A stretch of DNA of 56,002 nucleotides, the filler included, from Candidatus Woesearchaeota archaeon (GTDB lineage Archaea; Nanobdellota; Nanobdellia; Woesearchaeales; GCA-2685855), in NCBI GenBank assembly GCA_002685855.1. It is 4 parts of 4 records of this genome, joined end to end, with 100 filler letters (N's around TTAATTAATTAA, not from the genome) between each part and the next. Parts side by side here need not be neighbours in the genome. Positions count along the whole stretch, not along the records: positions 12,090 to 40,992 come from NYYS01000059.1; 3 more parts are not named here. One strand, 5' to 3'. A program made the position numbers and the translations under genes. Below the pieces are notes generated by a model. That model was given only the letters and a program-made list of their open reading frames with translations, did not search any database and was not told the origin of the DNA. Positions 26,488 to 37,399 of the stretch are shown here, piece after piece. The stretch's first letter is position 1; each line of letters opens with the position of its first letter.

Positions 26488-28115
26488 GTGCAGCATTTAT
26501 AAACGATCTAGGAGCGCGTATCCTTGAACTATTATGGATAGTTCTTTTGTTCTGTATTATAGCTAAGGTTTTTATGATGTTTAGTGGGATTCGAGGTGGC
26601 GATGGTGGAGGCGGCGGCGGAGGTGGTCGAGGTCCAAGGGGGCCACGTCGTCCTAGAGATAGAGATGGCCCGGGAGGAGATGGTCCAGATGATGATGATG
26701 AACCTGAAGAGTTAGCTGATGCTACAGCTGAAGGAGAAATACAGGATCCAAGTGGTAATGGGTTAGACAACGTAACAATTACAGGGAGGAGGGATCATGT
26801 TCGAAGAAATAGGTTGAGGCCATGGCGGAGAGTGATGAGGAGTAGAAGGATTGGGACTGTTCACTCGGGTGCTGATGGCAGATATCATGTTAGAGACTTG
26901 AGAGAGGGGGCGTTGGAATTAACATTCACACACCCCAACTACCCTCCTCTAACTCGAGTCTTTACTCTGACGGCAGGTCATAACACGCTGCCTGATGTAC
27001 GGTTTAGTGCGAATCCTCCGCCAGGAAGAATTGAAGGTAGTGTAAGTTATTATGGAGGGGATGATTCTCGAAGAGTTTATCTTGGGAATGTGCGGATAGA
27101 GGCTTTTCGGAGGAGAGATAATAATCCTTTAGGCAATGTTACTACGAATACTGCAGATCCTGAGCAGTTTGTAAAGGGCGGTATGTGTAATCTGTTTGAT
27201 CCTGATACAGGAAAGTTTGAGATTCCTGATATTCCCCAGGGAGAGGAGTTCTATATTGTTGCTACAGATGGTTGGGGGGCTTATAGGCAGGTCAATTCAA
27301 ATAGTCTATCGATTCGAAATGATGCATTTGTTGTAGGGTCGGGTCAGACGTTGAGGATGGATATCTTTATGCAGCCCGTAGTTGCGAGTGGAGCTACAAA
27401 TGGTGAAATGAAAGGTGTTATTTCATCGACAAGTGGAGGTGGAATTCCAATTCCTTCCATTCCCTCAATAGGGGGAGCTTACCCTCCTGTTGTTACAAAT
27501 GCCCAAAACATCCGTGTAATGGTGGACGGAACCAATTGGTCGAATCCGTCTGATGCTACAGGGAACTATGTATTGGCTGATGTTCCTGTGGGAGTCTTCT
27601 TGCCTATACTAACAAGGGATGTTTCTACTCCGCCTGTATATACGTCGTATCAGGAATCGCACTATGTGTATCTGAGAAGGGCTTCTGGGAATGCGGATAG
27701 TGAACGTACCTTTCCAATCTCGATCTCTCCGCTTGCTGGAAGAACAGGGTTGATTGTGGGCAGGTGCAGACGTGTTAATCCTGACGGTTCGCGATCGCTT
27801 ATTGATGCAACCCAACCAGTATACAATCGGCTTCAGGCAGAGGCACAAAGAACAGGCGATTCAAAGATTGTGAACGTGGTGAATGGTGTGCAGAACGGGA
27901 TCTTTAGTTTTGCAAACCTGACTGTAGGTCAAGCTTATAATGTGAATGTTAAAGATACTAACCAGTATTTTGCAGATAGTCCAGTCACAGGGACTGTACT
28001 GGCACAAAATCCGCCTGGACCTGCTATTATTGTTGATATTCTTCCGGATGTACCTCCATCGTCAGGTGTTCAGGTTGATCCTTCAACAGGTGAGGTGACG
28101 ATAACAATAACGTAA
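26478..28115 (+). CDS. Membrane-anchored protein with repeated carboxypeptidase-regulatory-like beta domains
   Basis: N-terminal TM, Gly/Pro/Asp linker, repeats of G.I.G.V...V.I...G.Y...(D/N)(L/V)..G. Confidence 0.7.
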   Translation: MAVGAAFINDLGARILELLWIVLLFCIIAKVFMMFSGIRGGDGGGGGGGGRGPRGPRRPRDRDGPGGDGPDDDDEPEELADATAEGEIQDPSGNGLDNVTITGRRDHVRRNRLRPWRRVMRSRRIGTVHSGADGRYHVRDLREGALELTFTHPNYPPLTRVFTLTAGHNTLPDVRFSANPPPGRIEGSVSYYGGDDSRRVYLGNVRIEAFRRRDNNPLGNVTTNTADPEQFVKGGMCNLFDPDTGKFEIPDIPQGEEFYIVATDGWGAYRQVNSNSLSIRNDAFVVGSGQTLRMDIFMQPVVASGATNGEMKGVISSTSGGGIPIPSIPSIGGAYPPVVTNAQNIRVMVDGTNWSNPSDATGNYVLADVPVGVFLPILTRDVSTPPVYTSYQESHYVYLRRASGNADSERTFPISISPLAGRTGLIVGRCRRVNPDGSRSLIDATQPVYNRLQAEAQRTGDSKIVNVVNGVQNGIFSFANLTVGQAYNVNVKDTNQYFADSPVTGTVLAQNPPGPAIIVDILPDVPPSSGVQVDPSTGEVTITIT

Positions 28116-28116
28116 A

Positions 28117-30933
28117 ATGGCATCTCCAAAAGCTACAAAGTCCGGAACAGTGGAAGATAACCGATTTAGACGTTTAACTGATGACTTTCTTAAAGAACAG
28201 AAGAAATTTGAAAAGAAAATGGCAGGGGTAAAGACTCCTGAATATGATCGGGCATTAAAACCTGATGAGCTTAGAGATATTCTAAAAAGCGTTGATTTTG
28301 GGACACTTCTTACAAAAGAGAAATCCCCCCCGTTTGTATGGGATTCAGGGGAGTGCTGGGTCATTGTGGCTGGATTTGATTCTGAAACAGATTTTAATTC
28401 TTCTCGTTTGAATAAGAAGAAACTCAATGTGGCAAAAAAGTTCATGGCTGAAACCAAGGAATTAGATAAGGGAGACAAGATACAGCTTGATGCTGTTTTC
28501 TCAAAAGATTTGAAGAGGCTTACATCGATACGGTCTCTGAAGTTTTCAGCTGTTGGGCTCTATCCTCCTGTGGATGAGCAACCAAAAAAGTTTTTGATGA
28601 AGGATATCCTTTGGCTGAAAGATCCTAGTGGAGAGTATAATATTAATGTTACAGGTTCTCCTCCTCCCATTACGCCAAAAGAGATTGATTGGGATAAATT
28701 AGTTAAGAGGCTTAAAGCGTGGTTGAGTGCAGCGGGTAAGCTGTTTATGGTGGGTGTTAGGTTTAGTAGAAAGAAAATCTATAAATTTGCAAAGCGCATA
28801 CATAAGATTATTGGCGATCTTATTGGAGGTCTTAAGTCGCTTTATCATGATATTATTACACGTAAACCATCTATTGAAACTAAGGCTAAGGAGTTGTTTA
28901 AGGCTATACTTGATGATCTTGCTGATGTCTGGGCTCTCTTTTTGGATGCAATTGAAGATATTCGTAAAAAGAAGTTTATTGATGCTGAAGCGGTCTTGAA
29001 ACGGATTAGAGAACGTATAGATAGTATTCGGGATCGTCTTAAGGGGTATTCAGGGCCTGATTTTAGTGAACTAAAACGGATGATTCTTAATCTTTGTATC
29101 TTTCTGAACTGGTTCTATTATCTGCTCAAAGGGTGGTTAGCGCGATTACGAAAAGAGAAGACAGAAAAGGAGGAGGAAGAAGAAAAAGAAAAAGAGGATA
29201 AGGCGGATGAGGATGGGGCGACGGAAGCAGGTGACGATATAGATGAGGGTAAAACACCTGAACCGGGTGTGGATGGGGGGGAGGATGGAAAAGATGAACC
29301 AGAAGATCCTATCAATACTACTGAAAAAGGTTTGGTTGTTGTTGAAAAGGAACCTGGTAGTGAAAGGTTTGTTCAGAGAATTAGGGGGTTACTTGCTGAG
29401 TTTAGATCTCTCGGGAGGGCGTTTAGAGAAGCAAAAGGGCGTAAAGGATTAGCTGCTGTTACGCTGTTGAGAGGTTTGCATAACCGTTGTATTGCGTTGG
29501 GCAGAAAACTTGCTAAGCTAAGAGAAGATTTGCGAAATAGCGCGGCTGCTGTTCCTGGTGAAGGGACAGATGAAGCAGGTGCTCGACAGATTATGCTTAC
29601 TGAAGAAGAGCAGACAGTTCTTGCAAGCATGCAACATGTTTTAGGTAAACTCGTCAGGCACATACGACATGATAAGGTGAGTGTGCTTTTAGCTTATTTG
29701 GGAGAATTGCTGGCTGATGTTGGAAAGATAGCTCATTTAGATGCTGAAGTATTACATCGCTATCAGGGTGTTATTCTTGATTCACGTTCAGACCTACGTG
29801 AGTTGGCAGAGTTGTTTAATGAAAGAAATCAGATTTTGAAAGATTTTTTTACAAATCTTAAGGTATTAGCAAAGATTGTTGAGACACATCGAGGAGTTGA
29901 AGCAGGGGAGCCTGAAGCGGTTGCTAAGATTCCTGAGTTAAAGTCTGCTTGTGAAAGTTTGGTTAAGACGCTTCTTGCTCAACGTGAAAAGATATTAAAG
30001 TTAACAAAACGGGCAAAGAAGTTGGAACTTAGTATTGTGTATAGTGTTGAACGAGATGTTCTTATCAGTGATTTCCGCGATCTCCGGTTAATTGCGTCGA
30101 CAATGGGTCGTGTGTGTATTCAAATTCTTAAAGGGTTGAAAAAGATAGGTCCAGGTAAAAAACCTGTGGGCCTTCTACCTCCTGGTGATGATGGTCCTGA
30201 TGATGATGGAGGCGGTCTTAAAAAGGGTTTGAAGCGGCTAAGTGGAGATAACTTGGTGTGGGGGAGAGGTGTTGATGAAACCATTGAGATATTAAAAGGT
30301 GAATTAGATGTTTTAAATGGTTTTAAGGAAGATCTTCCTGTTGGAACACTTTACAGCTCAAAAGATAAAGAGCTTGGAAAAAAGCTTGTGGATAGTTGGG
30401 AAAATTGTGTCAAATCATTTACATTTGGAATAAAGATTCTGACTGATTACAAAGATTCTCGGGATGCTGGACAAAGACAAAAGCTTATTGAAGATCTTCG
30501 TAAGTATCAGGTGACGCCGCCAGGTTTAAAAAGAAGGATTAACTATTTTTTAGATAGATTGACTGCCTGGAAACAGTGGCAGTTGAACAAGACGGGAGCT
30601 GCAAAGAAAGGTGAACAAGCAAGGGCTGAGAGGTTGAAGAATACTGGTGAGCTTGCAAAATGGCTTGGAGACTATATGAAGATGATTGCTGACTATCGAA
30701 GAAGGTTTGAAGATAGGCTCACAGATAAAGATAAGGATCGTCTTTCGAGGAGTTATGCTGTGTTTCGTGCTGCAATTAATCAGTGTCGGAGAGATAGTAT
30801 GGATGGCGCATGGAAATTGCTTTTGGATTATAAGCTGAATCCTCTTGGGTACTGGGTTCAGAACCGGCTTACGGCTCTTCTTCAGGAAAACAAATTTGAA
30901 ACCCCTACTGAAGGAGCTATGAAAAAAGGGTAA
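28117..30933 (+). CDS. Large hypothetical helical protein
   Basis: 938-aa ORF; amphipathic helical blocks separated by acidic linkers. Confidence 0.75.
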   Translation: MASPKATKSGTVEDNRFRRLTDDFLKEQKKFEKKMAGVKTPEYDRALKPDELRDILKSVDFGTLLTKEKSPPFVWDSGECWVIVAGFDSETDFNSSRLNKKKLNVAKKFMAETKELDKGDKIQLDAVFSKDLKRLTSIRSLKFSAVGLYPPVDEQPKKFLMKDILWLKDPSGEYNINVTGSPPPITPKEIDWDKLVKRLKAWLSAAGKLFMVGVRFSRKKIYKFAKRIHKIIGDLIGGLKSLYHDIITRKPSIETKAKELFKAILDDLADVWALFLDAIEDIRKKKFIDAEAVLKRIRERIDSIRDRLKGYSGPDFSELKRMILNLCIFLNWFYYLLKGWLARLRKEKTEKEEEEEKEKEDKADEDGATEAGDDIDEGKTPEPGVDGGEDGKDEPEDPINTTEKGLVVVEKEPGSERFVQRIRGLLAEFRSLGRAFREAKGRKGLAAVTLLRGLHNRCIALGRKLAKLREDLRNSAAAVPGEGTDEAGARQIMLTEEEQTVLASMQHVLGKLVRHIRHDKVSVLLAYLGELLADVGKIAHLDAEVLHRYQGVILDSRSDLRELAELFNERNQILKDFFTNLKVLAKIVETHRGVEAGEPEAVAKIPELKSACESLVKTLLAQREKILKLTKRAKKLELSIVYSVERDVLISDFRDLRLIASTMGRVCIQILKGLKKIGPGKKPVGLLPPGDDGPDDDGGGLKKGLKRLSGDNLVWGRGVDETIEILKGELDVLNGFKEDLPVGTLYSSKDKELGKKLVDSWENCVKSFTFGIKILTDYKDSRDAGQRQKLIEDLRKYQVTPPGLKRRINYFLDRLTAWKQWQLNKTGAAKKGEQARAERLKNTGELAKWLGDYMKMIADYRRRFEDRLTDKDKDRLSRSYAVFRAAINQCRRDSMDGAWKLLLDYKLNPLGYWVQNRLTALLQENKFETPTEGAMKKG

Positions 30934-31010
30934 CAGAAAGGTTTATATATTTCAGGATGTGTTTTCACGCAAGAATGTTTACAACTATGAATGTGTCTAG
31001 GTGATAAAAG

Positions 31011-31937
31011 ATGGTAACAGGACTAAATTTTTTGAGTATTCGTGGGCATTATCAGCTTGTGAAGCATATTAAGGCAACGATTATTGGGCGAGGAGTGCCT
31101 GGGGAACAGACGTTGAGAGGACATATGAATGCAGTTCATAAGTCTCGTACAGCGTTTGATAGTGCTATTGCAGAAGGAAGAGCTGCTGAAGTTAAGAATC
31201 ACTGGTCTGCTTTTATTGATACGTTATCAAAGTCAGCAAAGGATCTTGAATCGGTCACATCTGATATGGAGAAGTCCCAATTGAAACTTATCGAGGAAGA
31301 GCAGGAGGTATTTAAAAAATATGATGAGATTGCTAAAAAGGTTCCTGAAAAAGAGAGAGATGAGCTTGAAAAGGCTTTAGAAGCGTTGAGAAAAGCAATG
31401 AAGGAGGTCTATTCTAAGCTGAATCAGGAGCAACGAGAAGGAAGAGATGCGTATCGTGAACGGGATAGGTGGTTTCGATATTTTTCTTTAAAGGTTGGAA
31501 GAGATGAGGGGCTTCAAGGTATAAGAACCCTAAAAAACTTGACGAACAAAGAACTTGATACTGTTAAAAGGTCTGAAGAGGAGTTTAAGAAGTTAAGTGA
31601 AAATGCTGAAGCACTTGATAAAAATCCTGGGGACAGCAAGAAAGTTGAAGAGTCTATTAAAATTATGATCGGTTGGAGTGAGGATATTGAAAGAGAAGCT
31701 GAAGAGAGCTATGATCTCCTGCATGCTTCAAATATTGAGCACATGCGCGTTATAGATCAACTTATGAATGAGAGTCCGAATCGTTTAAAACAGCTTCGAG
31801 AACTTTCTTTTCCCGGCGTTCCTTTAGCTGAGATGGAGAAATTATTAAAGGAAGCAGTATACAAAATCCATAAGAGACTGTGGACACTTTGGCGTATGGG
31901 CAAATATGCACGAAGAGAAGCAAAAAGGGCTAGATAG
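31011..31937 (+). CDS. Hypothetical coiled-coil protein
   Basis: 308-aa charged helical ORF; GGTGA RBS. Confidence 0.75.
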   Translation: MVTGLNFLSIRGHYQLVKHIKATIIGRGVPGEQTLRGHMNAVHKSRTAFDSAIAEGRAAEVKNHWSAFIDTLSKSAKDLESVTSDMEKSQLKLIEEEQEVFKKYDEIAKKVPEKERDELEKALEALRKAMKEVYSKLNQEQREGRDAYRERDRWFRYFSLKVGRDEGLQGIRTLKNLTNKELDTVKRSEEEFKKLSENAEALDKNPGDSKKVEESIKIMIGWSEDIEREAEESYDLLHASNIEHMRVIDQLMNESPNRLKQLRELSFPGVPLAEMEKLLKEAVYKIHKRLWTLWRMGKYARREAKRAR

Positions 31938-31982
31938 CTCTAATTAGAAAACTTTATATATACCTTTTTATAGGAAACAACT

Positions 31983-32366
31983 ATGGCGCTTGATGAACTA
32001 AGAGGATGGGTGGGTCTACTTCTTGGATTACTAGCTATAGCGTTGGGACTTATCCCTTTATTAGCAGGGTTGGGTGTAATAGGTTTTAATCTTCCTGAGT
32101 TTCTTCTTGGGATTATGACGACATTTATGCTCTACTTTATTCTTGCCATAGCAGTCTTGTTGTTTATTGATGCGATATGGGCAGATGATATGCTTCAAAT
32201 TGTCAGTATGGTTATTGCAGTAATCATCTTTGCTGCTGGCCTGATTCCTATCCTGCATAGCTTTGGAGTGCTTCCTTTTACAATACCTATTTCGCAGACG
32301 ATTGTAAGTATCCTGTTGATTATTGAAGGGATCCTTCTGGCTATAGTAGCAGCAGTAATGGTCTAA
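31983..32366 (+). CDS. 4-TM membrane protein
   Basis: Internal duplication GLIPLL..LGVI.F / GLIPIL..FGVL.F. Confidence 0.75.
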   Translation: MALDELRGWVGLLLGLLAIALGLIPLLAGLGVIGFNLPEFLLGIMTTFMLYFILAIAVLLFIDAIWADDMLQIVSMVIAVIIFAAGLIPILHSFGVLPFTIPISQTIVSILLIIEGILLAIVAAVMV

Positions 32367-32367
32367 G

Positions 32368-32766
32368 ATGGGGTTTACAACAAAGGTTAGCCAGTTGTTG
32401 CTTGGCGTGTTTTTTTTCTTGTTATCGTTACGTGTGATATTACCTTTCTGGGGGGTGCTTCCTTTTTCAGAGACCGTGTTTCAACAGGTTACGTTGTTTG
32501 GGTTGGAGCTTGTGCTCTTTTTGGGGTTGTTTAATCTTGTAACGAGTGAGAAAAGTTATCCTGCGTTACGGAATGTGGTTTGGATGGTTCAAACAGTGCT
32601 GATCTTGTTGGCTCTTGTGAATCTTTTGTATGATGTTGGGGTGTGGGGTTTGAGGTTTGGGTTTGTTGATGTTGAATTTATTGGATCGATGCTGCTTGTT
32701 GAGAGTATTCTGTTGATTAGTGTGTGTGGAGAATGTCTAAGAACAGGGTATGTTAAGATTAGTTGA
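32368..32766 (+). CDS. 4-TM membrane protein, probable paralogue of the upstream gene
   Basis: LP..GVLPF and L..E..LL motifs shared with 31983-32366. Confidence 0.65.
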   Translation: MGFTTKVSQLLLGVFFFLLSLRVILPFWGVLPFSETVFQQVTLFGLELVLFLGLFNLVTSEKSYPALRNVVWMVQTVLILLALVNLLYDVGVWGLRFGFVDVEFIGSMLLVESILLISVCGECLRTGYVKIS

Positions 32767-33013
32767 TCTTTACTTTTTTGCTGATGGCTTGTCCGGGCAT
32801 GCCTGTTTCAAAAAGAACTTTGACGGCGCCTGAGTTTCCATGGGCTCCGGTGATCTTGCCGGTAATATCTTTTTTTCCGGTGTTGTAGGTGACTGATTTT
32901 CCTACGAGTTTGGTAGCTTCTTCCTTTGTTGTGGTGTTGGGAGGTACGACTACCATTTGGTTGGTTTTCTGGGTGTGTTTTCCTCCACGATAGTTCTTTA
33001 TGGCTGCTTCCAT
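32759..33013 (-). CDS. rpl35ae: 50S ribosomal protein L35Ae
   Basis: NYRGG.H.Q, GKI...HGNSGAV...F..G.PG.A. Confidence 0.92.
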   Translation of the reverse strand: MEAAIKNYRGGKHTQKTNQMVVVPPNTTTKEEATKLVGKSVTYNTGKKDITGKITGAHGNSGAVKVLFETGMPGQAISKKVKIN

Positions 33014-33141
33014 AGGGTGGAGAAACTGCTGTTTATTTAAAAAGGTTGTTGTTGGAATAGGGTGTATTTAGGGTGTGGAGGGCTTGTGTGGTCTGGTCAG
33101 GAAGGATGTTTTAAGAGGTCTGAGAAGGTCTTTGGAGCTAG

Positions 33142-33735
33142 TTAGGATGCTGGTTGACGTGTGTAGGAGGGTTGGAAGAGGGTGTTGAGGCATTGTTTTC
33201 TGGCAGGTGAGGGGAGGGTTTGGCAGAGGGTGGCATTTCTGGTTATTTGGGCTGTGCAGAGGGTTTTTGTTTGGGGTTGGCCTATTTTGGTGCAGAGTGT
33301 GGTTTTGTTTTGGCTTGTGGCGAGGGTGTGGTAGCAGGAGTCTTTTAACAAGTTGTTGTTGATTTTGGTGCAGATGGTTTGGTCTGTTTGGTTGGCAAAT
33401 TTTGTGGCTGTGAGGCTGAGGCAGAGGTCTTGTTTTTTGAGGGTGGTGCAGTAGGAGAGAGCTGTTTCTGGGGTGGGTGCTTCTTTGATAGTGGTTGCTG
33501 TGTTGGAGAGTGTGGTGAGTTGGGTGTAGAGGAAGAGGGCCAAGAGGATTGCGGTGAGGATGAAGAGGAGGCCGAAGATGACTGCGAGGAGGGCGAGTCG
33601 GGGAGTTTTTTTCTTGTTTTTTTTGGTGTCTAGGAGGATAAGGATGCCAAGGATGAGTCCGAGGATGGGGAGGGGAGGGAGGATGTAGAGGATGCTTAGG
33701 ATGAATGCTATTATTGATAGGGTTGAGGTTTTCAT
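33142..33735 (-). CDS. Membrane protein (DUF4190-like) with extracellular Cys-repeat domain
   Basis: Two TM segments, then repeated C..I......C units. Confidence 0.65.
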   Translation of the reverse strand: MKTSTLSIIAFILSILYILPPLPILGLILGILILLDTKKNKKKTPRLALLAVIFGLLFILTAILLALFLYTQLTTLSNTATTIKEAPTPETALSYCTTLKKQDLCLSLTATKFANQTDQTICTKINNNLLKDSCYHTLATSQNKTTLCTKIGQPQTKTLCTAQITRNATLCQTLPSPARKQCLNTLFQPSYTRQPAS

Positions 33736-33770
33736 AGAGGGATGGAAGGAGAGGGGTTTTTATAGTTTTT

Positions 33771-34961
33771 CTAGATCAGAAAGAGGATTACTGGCAGGAT
33801 AATACAGGCCATGTTTTGTATTCTTCGGGTTTTTGTTGCTGCTGTTAGGAGGCCGATGCTTGTGGATGTGATGAGGATGAAGAGTCCCTGGATGCCTGAG
33901 AGGAAAGGTGTGAGGATGACTATGAGGAGGATGATTGTGATTGTGAGGGTGCTGTAGGGGATGGATTGCATGATGTGAATGATTTTTTTGGCGAGGATGA
34001 GGCCGAGGAGGGTGGAGATTGAGGCAGCAATGAGGGCAGTGGAGAGGTATGGAAGGAGGTATTCTTTTGTTGGGAGAAATATCTGGGTGATGGCGAGGAC
34101 AGCTCCGTTTCTGGCTTTTTCGAGGTAGGTGAGTGTTAGGAGAGAGTAGGTGAAGTTGAAGGTGTTTATGCTTCCTATGAGTATCATGAATCCGTAGTCG
34201 CCCATTTTTGGTGCGAGGAGCATGGCGAAGAGTGCTGCGATGCCTGCGCCTACTCCTGGGAGGATGGCTGTGGTGAGGCCTGCGATTGCTCCTGCTGCGA
34301 GGACGTGGATTGTTAGCTTATAGTTGAGGGGGATTTTTTTGGAGATGATTTGTTCGGGGAGGGTTGTGTTTTCTTTGAGGGAGTAGAGGAGTGTTGAGGT
34401 TCCGAAGAGTCCGGAGAGCATGGGGAAGAGTGGATTGGATAGGGAGGAGTTTAGGACGATTACGCCGAGGGTTCCTGCCAGGGTGAAGATGATGATTGCG
34501 ATTAAGGGGTTGTTGTCTGAGAGGATCATCCAGATTACGACAAGGATGAGGAGGTAGAGTGTGTAGGTTTGGAGGAATGGGACGATGAATAGGATGAGTG
34601 GCGAGAAGAGTATGAGGGTTGTTATGGAGATGATGATTGCGCCGAGGCTTCCGATGAGGGTGAGTTTTACTGCGTGGAATCCTTTTCCGTTGATGAGGTA
34701 GCGGTGGCCGGGGAGGACTCCTAGTGCCTGGGAGGCGTCGGGTGCTCCTAGGTAGATGCTGGGGATGCTGTCAAGAAATGAGTGGGTGATGCTGAGTGAG
34801 ATGAGGAAGAAGGAGAGTGAGAGTGGGTCTGTGAGTTTTAGGAGTGTTGGGAGACTTGCGATAAGGAGTGTTGCGATAAGATTGACGTGGATGCCAGGGA
34901 TGAGGCCGGTTATGATTCCGCAGAGGATTCCGATGGAGATTGCGATGGTGAAGGTGATCAT
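33771..34961 (-). CDS. TctA-like (tripartite tricarboxylate transporter permease family) membrane protein
   Basis: TGLIPGIHVN, IPSI.LGAP, LPGH, LSGLFG, LPG.G, ARNG. Confidence 0.85.
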   Translation of the reverse strand: MITFTIAISIGILCGIITGLIPGIHVNLIATLLIASLPTLLKLTDPLSLSFFLISLSITHSFLDSIPSIYLGAPDASQALGVLPGHRYLINGKGFHAVKLTLIGSLGAIIISITTLILFSPLILFIVPFLQTYTLYLLILVVIWMILSDNNPLIAIIIFTLAGTLGVIVLNSSLSNPLFPMLSGLFGTSTLLYSLKENTTLPEQIISKKIPLNYKLTIHVLAAGAIAGLTTAILPGVGAGIAALFAMLLAPKMGDYGFMILIGSINTFNFTYSLLTLTYLEKARNGAVLAITQIFLPTKEYLLPYLSTALIAASISTLLGLILAKKIIHIMQSIPYSTLTITIILLIVILTPFLSGIQGLFILITSTSIGLLTAATKTRRIQNMACIILPVILFLI

Positions 34962-35281
34962 TTTTTTTCGAGTTTTATTATTTCAATGTATTTTTTCTTT
35001 TTCCAGGTGTAGAATTCTCCTTCGATGTAGGCAGTTCCAGGGCTGATGGATGTGTTTTTGTTGATGGTGCCTGTTATGTTTTCGCAGAGGGATAGGGTGA
35101 GATAGGTTTTGTTTTTGTGTGTGTTAGATGTTAGGATTGTGGCTTGGGTGGTGAAGGTTTTTTCCTGGGTGTTGAGTGTTGTGAGGGTGGCTTCTGGGAG
35201 TGTTTTTGTTGTGAAGTAGAGGGTGATAAGTCCGATGATTGCGAGGAGGAAAGATATTTTTGTTAGTGTGGTGTCTTTCAT
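34958..35281 (-). CDS. Membrane-anchored small protein, possibly OB-fold
   Basis: N-terminal TM; G....W.....IEI C-terminus. Confidence 0.55.
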   Translation of the reverse strand: MKDTTLTKISFLLAIIGLITLYFTTKTLPEATLTTLNTQEKTFTTQATILTSNTHKNKTYLTLSLCENITGTINKNTSISPGTAYIEGEFYTWKKKKYIEIIKLEKK

Positions 35282-35389
35282 AAGGATGAGAAAGGGGTAC
35301 GGTTGATTAAGTTTGTCGGGTTTTTTTCGAAGGATTTTCGGTATAGTGTTAACACAAAACTTTTAAAGAGTTGGTGCCTTTTTAAAGTG

Positions 35390-37261
35390 ATGGCTGGGTT
35401 TACGTTTAAGACAACTGCTGAGTTGAAGGTTTCTGATAAGATTATTGACCAGATTATTGGGCAGGATGAGGCAGTTGAGGTGATGAAGAAGGCTTCGTTT
35501 CAGCGTCGTCATGTGTTGTTGATTGGTCAGCCGGGGACGGGTAAGAGTATGTTGGGGTTGGCTCTTGCAAAGTTGTTGCCGAAGGAGAAGCTTGTTGATA
35601 TTCTGAGTTATCCGAATCCGCATGATGAGAACAATCCGTTGATTCGTACGATTGCTGCGGGGAAGGGACGGGAGGTTGTGGCGACGGCGAAGATGCAGAG
35701 TATGCAGATGTTTAAGAACCAGAATGTGTTTATGTTTATTCTTGCGATTATTGCCATGATTGTGCCTTGGTGGGTGAGGTCGAAGTATGAGTCTGATATT
35801 ATGTTTGCTGCTTTTTTTCTGGGTGGTATGGCTTTTTTGATGGCGTTTGTTTTGTTTTTGAATTTGGGGAAGAGGCAGATGGGTGAGAAGGCTCAAGTTC
35901 CAAAGTTGATTGTGGATAATTTTCAGAAGAAGGAGGCGCCTTTTTTTGATGCTACAGGGAGTCATGCGGGTGCGTTGATGGGTGATGTTTTGCATGATCC
36001 GTTTCAGAGTGGTGGGTTGGGTACGCCTGCGCATGAACGTGTGGTTGCTGGTATGATTCATAAGGCTCATATGGGTGTGTTGTTTATTGATGAGATTGCT
36101 ACGTTGCGTCCGGATGTTCAGCAGGAGTTGTTGACTGCTATTCAGGAGAAGAAGTTTCAGATTACGGGTCAGAGTGAGAGGAGTGCTGGAGCGATGGTTA
36201 GGACTGAGCAGGTGCCGTGTAATTTTATCTTGCTGGCTGCTGGTAATTTTGATTCGATGAAGCATATGCATCCTGCGTTGAGGAGTAGGATTCGTGGGTA
36301 TGGGTATGAGGTGTATATGAACGATACGATGCCGGATACTGCTGCGAATCGGAGGAAGATTGCTCAGTTTATTGCTCAGGAGGTTAGGAAGGATAAGAAG
36401 ATTCCTCATTTTTCTAAGGCTGCTGCTGAGCGGATTGTGTGGGAGGCTCGGAAGATGGCTAATCGTAAGGGTCATCTGACGTTGCGGCTTCGTGAACTTG
36501 GAGGATTGGTTCGTGCTGCGGGTGATGTTGCGTTGGCAGAGAAGGCGAAGGTTGTTGAGGAAAAGCATATGGAGGCAGCAAAGAAGGTGGCTCGAACATT
36601 GGAGCAGCAGATGTCTGATCGGGTTATTGAGCATAAGAAGGAGTATGCGGTTATTGTTACGTCGGGCTATCAGGCTGGAAGGGTTAATGGGTTGGCGGTG
36701 ATGGGTGCGGGTCCTATTTATTCAGGTATTATTCTTCCGATTGAGGCAGAGGTGACGCCGGGTGGGAAGGAGAGTGAGATTATTGCTACGGGGAAGTTGG
36801 GGGAGATTGCTAAGGAGGCAATTTTGAATGTTTCGGGTATTGTGAAGAGGTATTTTGGTGAGGATATTAAGGAGACTAAGGATATCTATGTTCAGTTTTT
36901 ACAGACGTATGAGGGTGTGGAGGGTGATAGTGCGAGTATTGCGGTTGCGACTGCTGTTGTTTCTGCATTGACTCGGGTGCCGATTAAGCAGAACTATGCG
37001 ATGACGGGTTCGTTGTCTGTGCGGGGAGAGGTGTTGCCGGTTGGTGGGGTTACGGCGAAGGTGGAGGCAGCTATTGAGACCGGGATTAAGAATGTTATTC
37101 TTCCGAAACAGAATATGAAGGATTTAGTGATTGCTCCTGAGAAGATGAAGAAGATACGGATTGTTGCTGTTGAGCGTTTGGAGCAGGTCTTGAAGGAGGC
37201 GTTGTATTGGAAGGGGAAGGAGAAGATTTTGAAGCAGATAATGAAGGGAAGAAAAAAGTAG
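35390..37261 (+). CDS. lonB: Archaeal membrane-anchored Lon protease
   Basis: GQPGTGKS, two TM helices within the AAA+ domain, LFIDE, HPALRSR, VEGDSAS, GGV..K. Confidence 0.96.
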   Translation: MAGFTFKTTAELKVSDKIIDQIIGQDEAVEVMKKASFQRRHVLLIGQPGTGKSMLGLALAKLLPKEKLVDILSYPNPHDENNPLIRTIAAGKGREVVATAKMQSMQMFKNQNVFMFILAIIAMIVPWWVRSKYESDIMFAAFFLGGMAFLMAFVLFLNLGKRQMGEKAQVPKLIVDNFQKKEAPFFDATGSHAGALMGDVLHDPFQSGGLGTPAHERVVAGMIHKAHMGVLFIDEIATLRPDVQQELLTAIQEKKFQITGQSERSAGAMVRTEQVPCNFILLAAGNFDSMKHMHPALRSRIRGYGYEVYMNDTMPDTAANRRKIAQFIAQEVRKDKKIPHFSKAAAERIVWEARKMANRKGHLTLRLRELGGLVRAAGDVALAEKAKVVEEKHMEAAKKVARTLEQQMSDRVIEHKKEYAVIVTSGYQAGRVNGLAVMGAGPIYSGIILPIEAEVTPGGKESEIIATGKLGEIAKEAILNVSGIVKRYFGEDIKETKDIYVQFLQTYEGVEGDSASIAVATAVVSALTRVPIKQNYAMTGSLSVRGEVLPVGGVTAKVEAAIETGIKNVILPKQNMKDLVIAPEKMKKIRIVAVERLEQVLKEALYWKGKEKILKQIMKGRKK

Positions 37262-37399
37262 ATTTCTGGTTCGTAAATTGTACGGGTTGTTTTTTTTCCG
37301 AGGCCACGGAGTGGTCTCGCAGGACAGATATTTTTTGAATAATAGGTAGCAGAATATGTTTAATGGAGGAAGTAGTTGTAGAACACGTTTAAGGGATGT

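Noticed and set aside
35363..36634. 423-aa antisense ORF inside lonB (also 8446-9303 and similar)
   Set aside because: Shadow ORFs: the A+C-rich strand is depleted of stop codons; His/Leu/Gln-rich with no motifs
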